A DNA stretch of 64,000 nucleotides from a virus (taxonomy: Duplodnaviria > Caudoviricetes): positions 58,875 to 122,874 of the IMG/VR virus record IMGVR_UViG_2868569063_000004; one strand, written 5' to 3'. The position numbers and the translations under genes are program-made. Below, one piece after another: positions 9,892-18,774 of the stretch; position 1 is the stretch's first letter; each line of letters begins with the position of its first letter. Below the pieces are notes generated by a model. It did not search any database and was not told the origin of the DNA. It saw only the letters and a program-made list of their open reading frames with translations.

Positions 9892-10998
9892 TTACTTACA
9901 GATTTCATAATACTGAGCAGACAGTTTCTCAATGTCTGGACCGAAGATTACACATGCTATTTCAGCTAGATCATTGAACATACCAATGTGCTCTATGTAA
10001 TCTAAACGGTTCTGTAGCTTAGGCTTATGTGTCTCATTGTAATGTTCAAGCTGTACTTTAGTATTCATATGAAACTTATTGTCGAACTCTCTGTAGAGGA
10101 ATGGCCAACGTGTATGAGGACTTCCTCCGAAGCGTACAATTCTATTGAGGATCTGACGTTTATCTGCTAATGGAATGTCTGATGTAAGATTACGAATGAT
10201 GTCTTCCTGATGTGAAATAGTGTGATTCTGCTGCTGAATTGTATTGTTCTGTTGCTGGATAGTATCAAGAGTAGTTTTAAAAAGAAGTCGAGTGTTCTGA
10301 TCCGCAAATGGGAGATAGGTGTTTAGGAAAAGGTCGGACTGTGATGGGTTAACGTAGCCCCCTGTCTTACGAATGGAGGGAAGTACTTCTGAAGTAACCC
10401 AATGCTTGAACTCTTTTGCTGATGGAAGCTTACTGCTGAGAATAAGGGAGTAGAGACCGGATTCGTTGATCCAAACGGGATGTTGAGTTCTTCCAAAACT
10501 GTCTATAATAGATGGGGCGTCTCCGGGACGGGTCATCTTATCTTCATCAGAAATATTCTTTCTAATAGCTTGTGTGGTATCTGAATATCCCAATGCTACA
10601 GCTACATCCTTACCTACGAACCATGGTTCCCCTGAGATTTCAACAGTTCTCAGCTCACCAAATTCTGGATGATTGAACACTGTTGGGGCTTCTGTTGGCG
10701 TAGACGCTTCTGAAAGATGATTTATAAACCAGTTTAGATGTTCTTCGGTAGGATCTATTTCTTTGAAACCTGCATAGTTAATGATGATAAGTTTACGGGA
10801 ATTAAAAATAGTATGATCGGTATTTTCAGGTGAAACATGGTATTTTATAGCTCGCCAGGTGTCTTTGTAACCACAGATAGCTGCAACATCTTTACCGATG
10901 AACCATGTGGTGCCTTCAATGATAGAGTATCTGAGAGGGATTGAAATTGAATCATTAGTGTGGTATAGTAATGTGTGGGTATTAGTAAAAGTCTTCAT
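9892..10998 (-). CDS. BRO-N domain (two copies) antirepressor-like protein
   Basis: WFIGKDVA and FGELRTV...PWFVGKDVA...INESGLYSLILSSKLPSAKEFKHWVTSEVLPSIRKTG. Confidence 0.9.
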   Translation of the reverse strand: MKTFTNTHTLLYHTNDSISIPLRYSIIEGTTWFIGKDVAAICGYKDTWRAIKYHVSPENTDHTIFNSRKLIIINYAGFKEIDPTEEHLNWFINHLSEASTPTEAPTVFNHPEFGELRTVEISGEPWFVGKDVAVALGYSDTTQAIRKNISDEDKMTRPGDAPSIIDSFGRTQHPVWINESGLYSLILSSKLPSAKEFKHWVTSEVLPSIRKTGGYVNPSQSDLFLNTYLPFADQNTRLLFKTTLDTIQQQNNTIQQQNHTISHQEDIIRNLTSDIPLADKRQILNRIVRFGGSPHTRWPFLYREFDNKFHMNTKVQLEHYNETHKPKLQNRLDYIEHIGMFNDLAEIACVIFGPDIEKLSAQYYEICK

Positions 10999-11010
10999 AT
11001 AAAATACTCC

Positions 11011-11280
11011 TTATGATTTATAAACTTGTTTACGGGTTAAAGCTTCAAGCTCATCATAGTCATACTCAGTTAAGTGGGAATCTGTAGTATTGATCAGGAA
11101 CTCGTTGGGTTCGAAAGATGAGAGAAGTGAGTCTAAGAGTAGAAGAGTGTTTTGTACACCTAGATTGTAGCCTTTTACTGCATCTGGAGGTGCAGTAGAT
11201 AGAATGGCTGACTTGTGAGAATCAAGTTGTTTCTGGAGTTCTTGAGTAAGATTGACTCCAATAAAAGTAATGTCGTTCAT
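11011..11280 (-). CDS. Hypothetical protein
   Basis: 89 aa, AGGAGG RBS, first gene after the leftward promoter. Confidence 0.75.
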   Translation of the reverse strand: MNDITFIGVNLTQELQKQLDSHKSAILSTAPPDAVKGYNLGVQNTLLLLDSLLSSFEPNEFLINTTDSHLTEYDYDELEALTRKQVYKS

Positions 11281-11320
11281 ATGTGCCTCCTGTGATTTCT
11301 ATCCCTTTCGGGATAAGTGT

Positions 11321-11370
11321 ATTATAGCACTGGCTACGAAAAATGTCAACAGAATTTTACAAACTTGTTT
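11321..11370 (-). promoter_or_regulatory. Sigma-A promoter with upstream AAACAAGTTTGTAAAA box
   Basis: TTGACA(11349-11344)-17-TATAAT(11326-11321); box at 11355-11370. Confidence 0.88.
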
Positions 11371-11789
11371 AGAAAAATAAAAACAGGTGAATCAGGAAAA
11401 CATATATAATAAGGAAGAAACTCTGATCTGGAAATCGAGTGAGAGAGATGTGATGATCGGAGAATCTGGGAACATGGATCCGAAATCTGAACTTGGTGTC
11501 AAAAAAGCTCTGCATCCCCCGGAAACACTGCATTTTTAAGGAAAATTTGGCATAAGTACCCTCGGTCTAAAACGTGCGAAAATGCTTATTTTCAAACCTT
11601 TAGTGGGCAAATGTGAACAGTTTGGACTGATTTTGATTGTTTCTGACTGAAATGGTAGGAATGCTAGGATTTATGCAACGGTAAGATGTATCGTTTTATA
11701 AATGCCCCGTTTTTAAGGCTTTAAAGTGATAAAGTGGATAGCCCTAGTATACTTTAATAAATCAGTGTTATACATCCGTACCGTAGCGA

Positions 11790-11857
11790 AATTTTACAGT
11801 ATTGAAATTTTACAATTGGAAAATTTTGCAGTGATAATACTACAGAATTTTACAGTA
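11790..11857. repeat. Iteron-like AATTTT(A/G)CA(G/A)T repeats x4
   Basis: Copies at 11790, 11806, 11822 (16-bp period) and 11846. Confidence 0.7.
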
Positions 11858-12092
11858 CTAAAGTAATCAGAATATTCAGTCAATATAACGAATTGTATTG
11901 AATTGTGTCTGATTTCTCAGCTCAGACCCACAGGAAAATCAAATTGTTATTATAATTGTACATTGAAGAATAATGTTTCTGGCAAATAATTATATTTGTA
12001 CTGAATTGTCTGACAATTGACTTCTGGTAAAAACAGCTCAGGTAAATTGTATATACAATTAAACAAATTGAATAGAAAAGAGGCGTATATTT

Positions 12093-12269
12093 ATGTCAAA
12101 TTATGAATATAACAAGAAATATGCAGAAGAATGGAATAAAAACAATACAAAAAACATAACTATCAGATTATCAAACTCACAATATGAAAAATTGCAAAAC
12201 TATTGTGATTCTAACAAAATTGCACGCGCAACTTTTATTAAATCACGAATAGCAGACATAATTGATTAA
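12093..12269 (+). CDS. Ribbon-helix-helix-like DNA-binding protein (58 aa, not in ORF track)
   Basis: MSNYEYNKKYAEEWNKNNTKNITIRLS...LQNYCDSNKIARATFIK; GAGG RBS; resembles 17232..17417. Confidence 0.7.
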   Translation: MSNYEYNKKYAEEWNKNNTKNITIRLSNSQYEKLQNYCDSNKIARATFIKSRIADIID

Positions 12270-12526
12270 ACTTTACTAATTAACACTCTATTCTAAATAT
12301 TTAATCTATTCTAAATATTCATATGTATTACACTGTGCATATAAGTACATACAGTAATACGTATTACGCTCTGTATGCAGACTGTCTGATCCTGTCAACC
12401 TTTATTTTTCGCTTTAATAGGAAATAATTTTTCACGAAAAAACTTTTTTTCATGCCAAAAAGCCTGTATTTATGCGGGTTTGCGGGCTTTTGTAAACGTG
12501 TAAATAAAAATATTTTCAAAAAAGTG

Positions 12527-12555
12527 TTGACATTCTATGTAATCCGTAGTAGTAT
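12527..12555 (+). promoter_or_regulatory. Sigma-A promoter
   Basis: TTGACA-17-TAGTAT with an AT-rich UP element. Confidence 0.7.
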
Positions 12556-12700
12556 AAACGTGTCGACAGGGAAGAGCAACAATCCCTAGTCGGTGGGAAG
12601 ATGCTTCTTAAGAAGTGGGAATCCCTAGTGTAAGAGATGAAACATCAAGTAACTTGTAAACTAGCAAATAAAACTTTTTCAAAAAAGTTTTAAAAAGTAC

Positions 12701-12729
12701 TTGACACAACCAAACAGTTGTGGTAAAGT
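12701..12729 (+). promoter_or_regulatory. Sigma-A promoter, extended -10
   Basis: TTGACA-17-TAAAGT with TG; A/T tracts upstream. Confidence 0.7.
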
Positions 12730-12764
12730 ACAATCATCAACAAGAGCACAACTTGTTGAGTAAC

Positions 12765-12790
12765 AAAAAAGCCCTTGCGCTAACAAGGGC
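12765..12790 (-). terminator. Intrinsic terminator on the minus strand
   Basis: GCCCTTG-TTAGCG-CAAGGGC-TTTTTT. Confidence 0.8.
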
Positions 12791-12817
12791 AGAGATAACT
12801 GAATAGGAGGTGATTAC

Positions 12818-12931
12818 ATGAACCTTAAAGGTTTTGACGTTCCAGATGGGTTCATGGGATGGGTGGACTCTATCCAGCGGTATATGCTTTTTGCTTCATA
12901 CCGTGACTATAGAGAATACCTTGAGCCATAG
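12818..12931 (+). CDS. 37-aa small protein (not in ORF track)
   Basis: AGGAGGTG RBS; MNLKGFDVPDGFMGWVDSIQRYMLFASYRDYREYLEP. Confidence 0.75.
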   Translation: MNLKGFDVPDGFMGWVDSIQRYMLFASYRDYREYLEP

Positions 12932-12971
12932 GGGGCTTTTGCCCCCTAAACCCTAAACAGTTATTGTAACT

Positions 12972-13000
12972 ATTATACCATATTGCCTTGCATGATGCAA
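12972..13000 (-). promoter_or_regulatory. Antisense sigma-A promoter
   Basis: TTGCAT-17-TATAAT with TG extension. Confidence 0.72.
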
Positions 13001-13214
13001 GAGTACGTTCCTTGAAATCATATATAGTTAGTGCGTCTACACCTTGATGGGTAGCTTGCCACGTCCAAACTTTCACCTTGATGGGATTGTCTGGAATCTC
13101 TAGTAATAGAGCGCAAGAGTGCTGTCTATATTACATATGCTTATTAACAGTCTACGGACTAACTATATATTTTAAGTGATAAACAATAAAATAAATCCAC
13201 AGGAGGAAATTATT

Positions 13215-13994
13215 ATGTCAAACAAAACTTTTAAAATTACAATCACAGGAAAGAATGAGAAAGAGTTATTTGCACCAAAACAGGTTGTCAATGTACAGCG
13301 GTTTGGTGAAGATGTACAGTTAGAATACGACAGACAGCACTATTTACAGTTGTCTGATAAATATTCTAAAGCTGTTGCATCAAGAACAAAAGCCCTTGAA
13401 AAGGGTGAAGTATCTAAGGCTAAAAAAGCTGACCTTGACGCTAAAGTTGAGTCTGCTAAAGAAGCACTTGACACTTTCAAATCAGAGCTTGTTGAAAGAT
13501 ATTCAGAGGACAGTTTCTGCCCTAAGCCTACTAGCAATCGCATTGCTTCCGTCTATGTATGGGCTTACTTCCAGACAGGCGGTACATTCACACTGACAGG
13601 CTTTCATTCACTCTATGTCAATGCTAAAGACTATCAGGCTACTTACAATGACGTTGAGTCATTCGACGCTGATAGACAGCGTGATTTCAAATATGTGAAA
13701 GAACTCTGTAAAGACATCATGTCACCAGTATTCAATACTGCCAATGACGGTACAGATGATTCCATGTATAAAAACTTCACATTAGGTGCTACACCAGCAT
13801 GGGTTGCTAACAACTTGTGTGCATTCATCTGGGGTAAATTACAGGCAGACTCTAAGGGCTTAAAGCGTAACTATGGTAAAGAAGTCGAAGCATCCAGACA
13901 GCTGATTCTGTCTTATCTTGAATACTTAGGTATTCCAGTAGATGACGCTATCAAAGTATCAGCAGAGGAATCTATGGAGACTCGTATGGCTTAA
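13215..13994 (+). CDS. Hypothetical early protein
   Basis: ATG 13215 after AGGAGG; 259 aa. Confidence 0.8.
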   Translation: MSNKTFKITITGKNEKELFAPKQVVNVQRFGEDVQLEYDRQHYLQLSDKYSKAVASRTKALEKGEVSKAKKADLDAKVESAKEALDTFKSELVERYSEDSFCPKPTSNRIASVYVWAYFQTGGTFTLTGFHSLYVNAKDYQATYNDVESFDADRQRDFKYVKELCKDIMSPVFNTANDGTDDSMYKNFTLGATPAWVANNLCAFIWGKLQADSKGLKRNYGKEVEASRQLILSYLEYLGIPVDDAIKVSAEESMETRMA

Positions 13995-14000
13995 TCGTAC

Positions 14001-14043
14001 TGATATGCTCTGCCTATGACTTCGGTCGTAGGTAGTCATATCA
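14001..14043 (+). other. Intergenic RNA hairpin with UUCG loop
   Basis: TGATATG/CATATCA plus CTGCCTATGAC-TTCG-GTCGTAGGTAG; no U tail. Confidence 0.65.
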
Positions 14044-14064
14044 ATATGATAGGAGGAATTAACT

Positions 14065-14649
14065 ATGAAACCATGTTCACAGGTCAGAGGTTTTGGCACT
14101 AACTTTCACAACTATGTGTTACCTCTTTACAGCCTTTTTGGTAATGTCAATGGCACACTTTACGTGTGTATTAGACCACATTACAGAGTGTCACGGCTCA
14201 AAGTCTGGAATGGCTACAGATGGGTAGACACCACTACTAAAGACCATCCAGATATTAGACATTTCATTATAGCTTTCATGAACTCTGCTGATTTTATCAG
14301 TGAAGAACCTGTAAAATGTCGTAGAGATACTAGAGCTATAGCTTCCATGCTTCCACGTGAGAAGAAGCATCCACAACCTATGTATGGCTCAAAAAGCGGC
14401 TGTTACTCACAGGCACGAGTTGACGGTCAGGGCTATAACATCTCATGGGAAGAAGATTCCAAACCTGTATTCGGTCATGGTTTACCTGTCAAGTATTCCG
14501 AAGGTCACAGATTACCGCCGGTGGGCTTTAATAGCTTCGAAGGTTACACCGACACGCCAGAAGCACGTCGTAGAGATGGCATGAAGATTAAACAGATTAA
14601 GTGCAGACCGGGCAAGGTCTATGTTGTTGAAACACAAGCAAAAAAATAA
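14065..14649 (+). CDS. Hypothetical protein
   Basis: AGGAGG RBS, 194 aa. Confidence 0.75.
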   Translation: MKPCSQVRGFGTNFHNYVLPLYSLFGNVNGTLYVCIRPHYRVSRLKVWNGYRWVDTTTKDHPDIRHFIIAFMNSADFISEEPVKCRRDTRAIASMLPREKKHPQPMYGSKSGCYSQARVDGQGYNISWEEDSKPVFGHGLPVKYSEGHRLPPVGFNSFEGYTDTPEARRRDGMKIKQIKCRPGKVYVVETQAKK

Positions 14650-14687
14650 TATGAGTTATGCCACTCTAAAAGGCAGGAGGAAAAATT

Positions 14688-15263
14688 ATGACAAAGACTA
14701 TCTACACAAGAATCATCAACAAGAAAACCACATCTGTAGAGCTGAAATCTGTTTTAGGCAGAGAACTCTACATCTGTAACAATGGAAACTGGACAGATGT
14801 TCTCAACGAATTTTCTTTCAGCTACACACCAGAACAGTTCTGCCAGTATATTGCCAACTATGAAGCATGGGCGGAACTCAACAATGTCTATGTAGAAATT
14901 ACAGAAGGCAAGGCAGAATTTAGGCAATCAATTAATGAAGCCAAAGACCTTCTGAAAGACTGGCTTGAGAATAATGAGCTTGATGATTTTAAATCATTGT
15001 ATTCTGGTCTTTCAGCAAGGCAGAAGGAAGCTGTCGTTCTTGTTCTTAGGTACAGTGAAATCTTTGAGTACGCATATGCGAACTTAATGTGTCCATCAAC
15101 AAGCGAACTCTCTCTTCTCTGGAAAGCTTCTGTAAAGAAACAGAAGCACAAAGCAAATCTGCTGATCACAGTGATAGGAGATAACTACGAGTATACTATC
15201 AACCTGTTCACAGGCGAAGTAGTAGATTATGTGGACATGGACATCATAGAAGGAAATTTTTAG
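14688..15263 (+). CDS. Hypothetical protein
   Basis: AGGAGG RBS, 191 aa. Confidence 0.8.
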   Translation: MTKTIYTRIINKKTTSVELKSVLGRELYICNNGNWTDVLNEFSFSYTPEQFCQYIANYEAWAELNNVYVEITEGKAEFRQSINEAKDLLKDWLENNELDDFKSLYSGLSARQKEAVVLVLRYSEIFEYAYANLMCPSTSELSLLWKASVKKQKHKANLLITVIGDNYEYTINLFTGEVVDYVDMDIIEGNF

Positions 15264-15275
15264 GAGGAAAATATC

Positions 15276-15695
15276 ATGATTAACTTAAAGAAAACAACAA
15301 AGGAACTGGAAGGAATCAACTTCGTAGCATTCAGCAACAACGTAGTAGTAGTGAACACAACTCCGCATCCTGTCACCATGCAGGATATGGACGGCACACT
15401 AATCACCGTGCCTACTTCTGTGCTGATCAATGCCAAGGCAGAAGAGCGGAAAGTCTCTGATCTGTTTGTCCGGACAGAGTTCGTAGGAACAGAAGAAGGT
15501 AAAGAAACAATAGAGAGAATCAAGTCTGTTTATAACAGACAGTTCTCCAATGGAACCCTTGTGATTGTCGGTAGTATTATAGCTGCACAGGCATACCCTG
15601 GAGAAGTAGCAGCTATGACACCTGTAGAAGGATTTGAGCGTGTAGCACCAGACCAGAAGAGAATGCGTTGTGACAAGTTCACAACTTTCGCATAA
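15276..15695 (+). CDS. Hypothetical phage protein (N-T-T-P-H type)
   Basis: VNTTPHPVT...VIVGSIIAA; AGGAGG RBS. Confidence 0.8.
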   Translation: MINLKKTTKELEGINFVAFSNNVVVVNTTPHPVTMQDMDGTLITVPTSVLINAKAEERKVSDLFVRTEFVGTEEGKETIERIKSVYNRQFSNGTLVIVGSIIAAQAYPGEVAAMTPVEGFERVAPDQKRMRCDKFTTFA

Positions 15696-15706
15696 GGAGG
15701 GAAATC

Positions 15707-15868
15707 ATGCAGAATTATAAAACCAGAATCGCACAAGCAAAATCAAGTTTCGAACTTTCCTGTATCTGGGAAGAAGTTCGCAACGCATACTGGACTAAAA
15801 AGACAATCAGCAAGGAAATGTATGAGAAACGTTCTGCTGAAATTGCAGCTAGGAGGAAATCATTATGA
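15707..15868 (+). CDS. Small hypothetical protein (53 aa, not in ORF track)
   Basis: AAGGAGG RBS; stop overlaps the next start (ATGA). Confidence 0.7.
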   Translation: MQNYKTRIAQAKSSFELSCIWEEVRNAYWTKKTISKEMYEKRSAEIAARRKSL

Positions 15869-16269
15869 ACAAAACAGATAAAATCAAACGGAAACTCATA
15901 AGGGAAGTAGTAATCCCTTCATTGATAGGAGTGTTAATAGCACTCCTTTTTTTATTAGCTGTAGTAAAGCCTACAGGAGCTACAGAAGACAGTACCCGTC
16001 CAATGATAGGCACTGTATATTTTGTTTCAGGGAGAAGTATCTCAATAGTTTCTCCTGATAAGCGCACTTGGAGTTACAAAGGAAAAGGCTTCACAGTAGG
16101 TGACACAGTATCTTGTGTTGTGTCTAATAATGGCACATCCAAAACAGTAGATGATTATATCAAATCGGCTGTTGTGAGCGAAGGACAACCAATAGAAATA
16201 GAAGCAGCTGAAGAAGGGGCTTTAGCCCACTTCGCAAGCGAAACATGGTATTTAGAAAGAAGGTATTAA
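15865..16269 (+). CDS. Membrane-anchored exported protein
   Basis: N-terminal TM helix; SCVVSNNGT...DDYI motif shared with 17880..18215. Confidence 0.75.
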   Translation: MNKTDKIKRKLIREVVIPSLIGVLIALLFLLAVVKPTGATEDSTRPMIGTVYFVSGRSISIVSPDKRTWSYKGKGFTVGDTVSCVVSNNGTSKTVDDYIKSAVVSEGQPIEIEAAEEGALAHFASETWYLERRY

Positions 16270-16270
16270 T

Positions 16271-16735
16271 ATGAACTTAGAAGTATTATATAAACAGTTC
16301 TCTGGCAATGATTCATTCAAAACACCAGAGGACAGAAAGTCAGTGTATCTTGAGTCATTAGAGAAAATGTATCCAGGAATTCTTTGTTCCATTGGTCAGT
16401 GTATGGAAGTGAAATTAACAGGTGAACCTTATGAAGATGAAGGATTCTACACAACAGAAATGAGAAAATCAGATTATCCATGGTGGATAGTGACTACTTC
16501 TGTCGGAGACGAAGGAGCAATAACTTTATTCTATCCAGGAGCAATGGAACGCTTGGCAATGGTACTAGGCGAAAGTTACTATGTAGGATGTGCTGGAGAT
16601 GATCGAGCAATATTAATCGGTGAAAGTTTTATGTCTTTGGAAAGATTCCAAAATCTCTGTCAGAGAAAATATCAAGGCAAAGGATATTTTTACAATGCTG
16701 AAACAGGAATCTTTTCACTTGCACAAGGGAACTAG
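16271..16735 (+). CDS. Hypothetical protein resembling the C-terminal part of 37529..38470
   Basis: GAITLFYPGAMERLA vs GAVAIFYPGVAERFA. Confidence 0.7.
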   Translation: MNLEVLYKQFSGNDSFKTPEDRKSVYLESLEKMYPGILCSIGQCMEVKLTGEPYEDEGFYTTEMRKSDYPWWIVTTSVGDEGAITLFYPGAMERLAMVLGESYYVGCAGDDRAILIGESFMSLERFQNLCQRKYQGKGYFYNAETGIFSLAQGN

Positions 16736-16747
16736 ATAATTTATAAT
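16719..16747 (+). promoter_or_regulatory. Sigma-A promoter for the HTH gene
   Basis: TTGCAC-17-TATAAT. Confidence 0.6.
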
Positions 16748-16768
16748 CTCTGTAGGAGGTATAAACCT

Positions 16769-16987
16769 ATGCAGAGAATTATTAATCCAGCCTTAGCCAA
16801 GGCAAACATGAGCAAAACGGAACTTGGTGCTCGTTTGGGAGTAACTCAACAGAATATATCTAAAAGAATCCAGAGAGGCAAATTCACTCTTGATGAACTT
16901 CAAGAAATAGCTCGTTGTATGGGAGCAGAATTTAACTGTTCCTTTGATTTCCCAGATGGAACTAAAATAGGGACAAAAGGAGAGTGA
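16769..16987 (+). CDS. XRE-family HTH regulator
   Basis: MSKTELGARLGVTQQNISKRI...LDELQEIA. Confidence 0.88.
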   Translation: MQRIINPALAKANMSKTELGARLGVTQQNISKRIQRGKFTLDELQEIARCMGAEFNCSFDFPDGTKIGTKGE

Positions 16988-16990
16988 TAT

Positions 16991-17191
16991 ATGTATTACG
17001 TTAGTATATTACATAGAGTACCGTATACTACTGTAGAATACACAACGGAAACTTACTTTATAGATGAAGTAGCAGCGGACAATTGGATTGATAAAATTTT
17101 TATGCCGCATGAATTTCATCCAGACTTGTGTACTATAGTAGACAGAGGACCAGCCTCATGGTCTAAAATAGGAGTGCTTTGCGCAGACTAA
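16991..17191 (+). CDS. Hypothetical protein
   Basis: 66 aa, GGAG RBS. Confidence 0.65.
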   Translation: MYYVSILHRVPYTTVEYTTETYFIDEVAADNWIDKIFMPHEFHPDLCTIVDRGPASWSKIGVLCAD

Positions 17192-17220
17192 GACATCTCG
17201 AAAGAGGTGTCTTTTTTATT
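17190..17220 (+). terminator. Intrinsic terminator
   Basis: AGACATCTC-GAAA-GAGGTGTCT-TTTTT. Confidence 0.85.
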
Positions 17221-17231
17221 GGAGAAAAGAA

Positions 17232-17417
17232 ATGGCAGTATCAGAAGCTCAGAAGAGAGCAAGTAAAAAATATTTCGATAATAACTACAGACAAGTGAAA
17301 CTGTCAATGCCTATTAAGGAAGCAGAAGCGCTTGAAGCATATTGCGAAGAACATGGATATTCCAAAGCAGGACTCATCCGGGCATTGATTAAAGAAAAAT
17401 TGGAGGAATCACAATGA
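17232..17417 (+). CDS. Ribbon-helix-helix-like DNA-binding protein
   Basis: MAVSEAQKRASKKY...VKLSM...SKAGLIRALIKEKL. Confidence 0.78.
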   Translation: MAVSEAQKRASKKYFDNNYRQVKLSMPIKEAEALEAYCEEHGYSKAGLIRALIKEKLEESQ

Positions 17418-17647
17418 CATACAAATATACAACTGTCAGAATACAACGGAAAGAGGCTCTTTTGGGTTACACAGTACCTAAAGGAGCCTTATTTATTAGA
17501 GGCAATGGACTTCAGTTCATATGTATTGAACGTCCAAAGGATCCTATGAATATTCCTGTGTTAATGTTTCAGAATGGAAACTGGCACAGAATTTCAGTGT
17601 CTGTTATGTATAGCTATCTTGCAAGAGAGATAGTGAATTTTATCTAA
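17414..17647 (+). CDS. Hypothetical protein
   Basis: GGAGG RBS, coupled start. Confidence 0.7.
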   Translation: MTYKYTTVRIQRKEALLGYTVPKGALFIRGNGLQFICIERPKDPMNIPVLMFQNGNWHRISVSVMYSYLAREIVNFI

Positions 17648-17662
17648 AGGAGGAGTTCTGTT

Positions 17663-17863
17663 ATGAATAACGTATACACAATACAAGAGATTATGACTTT
17701 GAAATTCTGTGAGTTGTCCAATGTAGTGTATGAAGCTATTCTGGCAGAACTCACAAGGCAATACAAAGATATGATTGATAGACTGTTGCCTATCTTTGAC
17801 AAGGCACCTGTATATCAGTTAGATCAATATGTAGATATCTATAAATATATCGTAGTTATATAG
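17663..17863 (+). CDS. Hypothetical protein
   Basis: AGGAGG RBS. Confidence 0.7.
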   Translation: MNNVYTIQEIMTLKFCELSNVVYEAILAELTRQYKDMIDRLLPIFDKAPVYQLDQYVDIYKYIVVI

Positions 17864-17879
17864 AAAGGAAATAAAAATC

Positions 17880-18215
17880 ATGAAGAAATTATTAGTTTTA
17901 GCATTAGCAACTATGATGGTTTCAACCCCAGTATCAGCGGCTCCAACAACAGATGGAGAATGCAAAGACCTGTACCCTCTAACAGGTATAGTAACTGAAG
18001 TCCAGGAAGTAGATAAAGACACGGACCTCGTAACTATGACATGTGCCAATGGAAATCAGTTCTCTTGGTATGTAGACAGCACAGATGATTGGTGTATCAA
18101 TGACCTTGCATCTTGCATCATGAACTCCAACGGAACTGATGAAGTCTATGACGATGAAATTGTAGACGCTCACTATGTTGGCACATTAGACCAGTTATCA
18201 CAATATACTGCATAA
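17880..18215 (+). CDS. Secreted acidic protein (Sec signal peptide)
   Basis: MKKLLVLALATMMVSTPVSA signal; SCIMNSNGT...DDEI. Confidence 0.8.
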   Translation: MKKLLVLALATMMVSTPVSAAPTTDGECKDLYPLTGIVTEVQEVDKDTDLVTMTCANGNQFSWYVDSTDDWCINDLASCIMNSNGTDEVYDDEIVDAHYVGTLDQLSQYTA

Positions 18216-18308
18216 GCAGTATATTTAAGCATCTTGAATTACTCAAAAAGGGTAGCATGAAATCTAGGGTTACCCGTTTTCCTCCAAGATGTTTAACTAT
18301 GCTGCTTA
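18213..18308 (+). other. Long intergenic RNA stem (11+12 bp with G.U pairs)
   Basis: TAAGCAGTATA/TATGCTGCTTA and TTAAGCATCTTG/CAAGATGTTTAA. Confidence 0.7.
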
Positions 18309-18321
18309 GAAAGGAAACAAT

Positions 18322-18546
18322 ATGTTAAAGAAAGTAACCAGAAGAGAAGCACAAAAAGCACTTGTTGCAGGAAATCCTGTATATTTGCTTCCGAATAGAA
18401 TGCAAGTGAATTCACCTTGGGCGCATCCATTCAAAGTGAAGACCCCTATGTCAGAAGAGAAATTTAATCGTCTGATAATGAAATATGAACATGCTTGTTG
18501 CACTGTAGATACAGGAACCGGAAGTTTCTGTTATATAGATGCTTGA
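18322..18546 (+). CDS. Hypothetical protein
   Basis: AGAAAGGA RBS, 74 aa. Confidence 0.7.
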   Translation: MLKKVTRREAQKALVAGNPVYLLPNRMQVNSPWAHPFKVKTPMSEEKFNRLIMKYEHACCTVDTGTGSFCYIDA

Positions 18547-18571
18547 CAAGGGAACAGATGTTTGCTATGAT
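18543..18571 (+). promoter_or_regulatory. Sigma-A promoter with LexA-like box in the spacer
   Basis: TTGACA-17-TATGAT; GAAC-AGAT-GTTT at 18552-18563. Confidence 0.65.
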
Positions 18572-18588
18572 TCGATTAGGAGGTAAAC

Positions 18589-18774
18589 ATGAAAATAATT
18601 TATACAACATTAATAGGACTGGGCTATGTGTCCAAAGAGTCAAATAATAAATATACTGTAGAATTTCTACATGGAAATTATATTTTTGACTTTCCTAAAA
18701 AAATAGTAGAACCATTATTGGTTCATAATACTCTTTATGAAGCGATTTTGCACAGGAAAGGAGAATGGAAATGA
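18589..18774 (+). CDS. Small protein with C-terminal tag (LYEAILHR)
   Basis: AGGAGG RBS; shared C-terminal motif. Confidence 0.75.
   Translation: MKIIYTTLIGLGYVSKESNNKYTVEFLHGNYIFDFPKKIVEPLLVHNTLYEAILHRKGEWK

Larger units (their letters stand above)
12765..12965 (-). ncRNA. Predicted antisense RNA (~200 nt)
   Basis: Minus-strand promoter at 12972-13000 plus minus-strand terminator at 12765-12790, bracketing the 37-aa ORF. Confidence 0.6.

Noticed and set aside
12344-12380. Palindrome GTAATACGTATTAC as a telomere-resolution site
   Set aside because: Only 14 bp and no protelomerase in the window.
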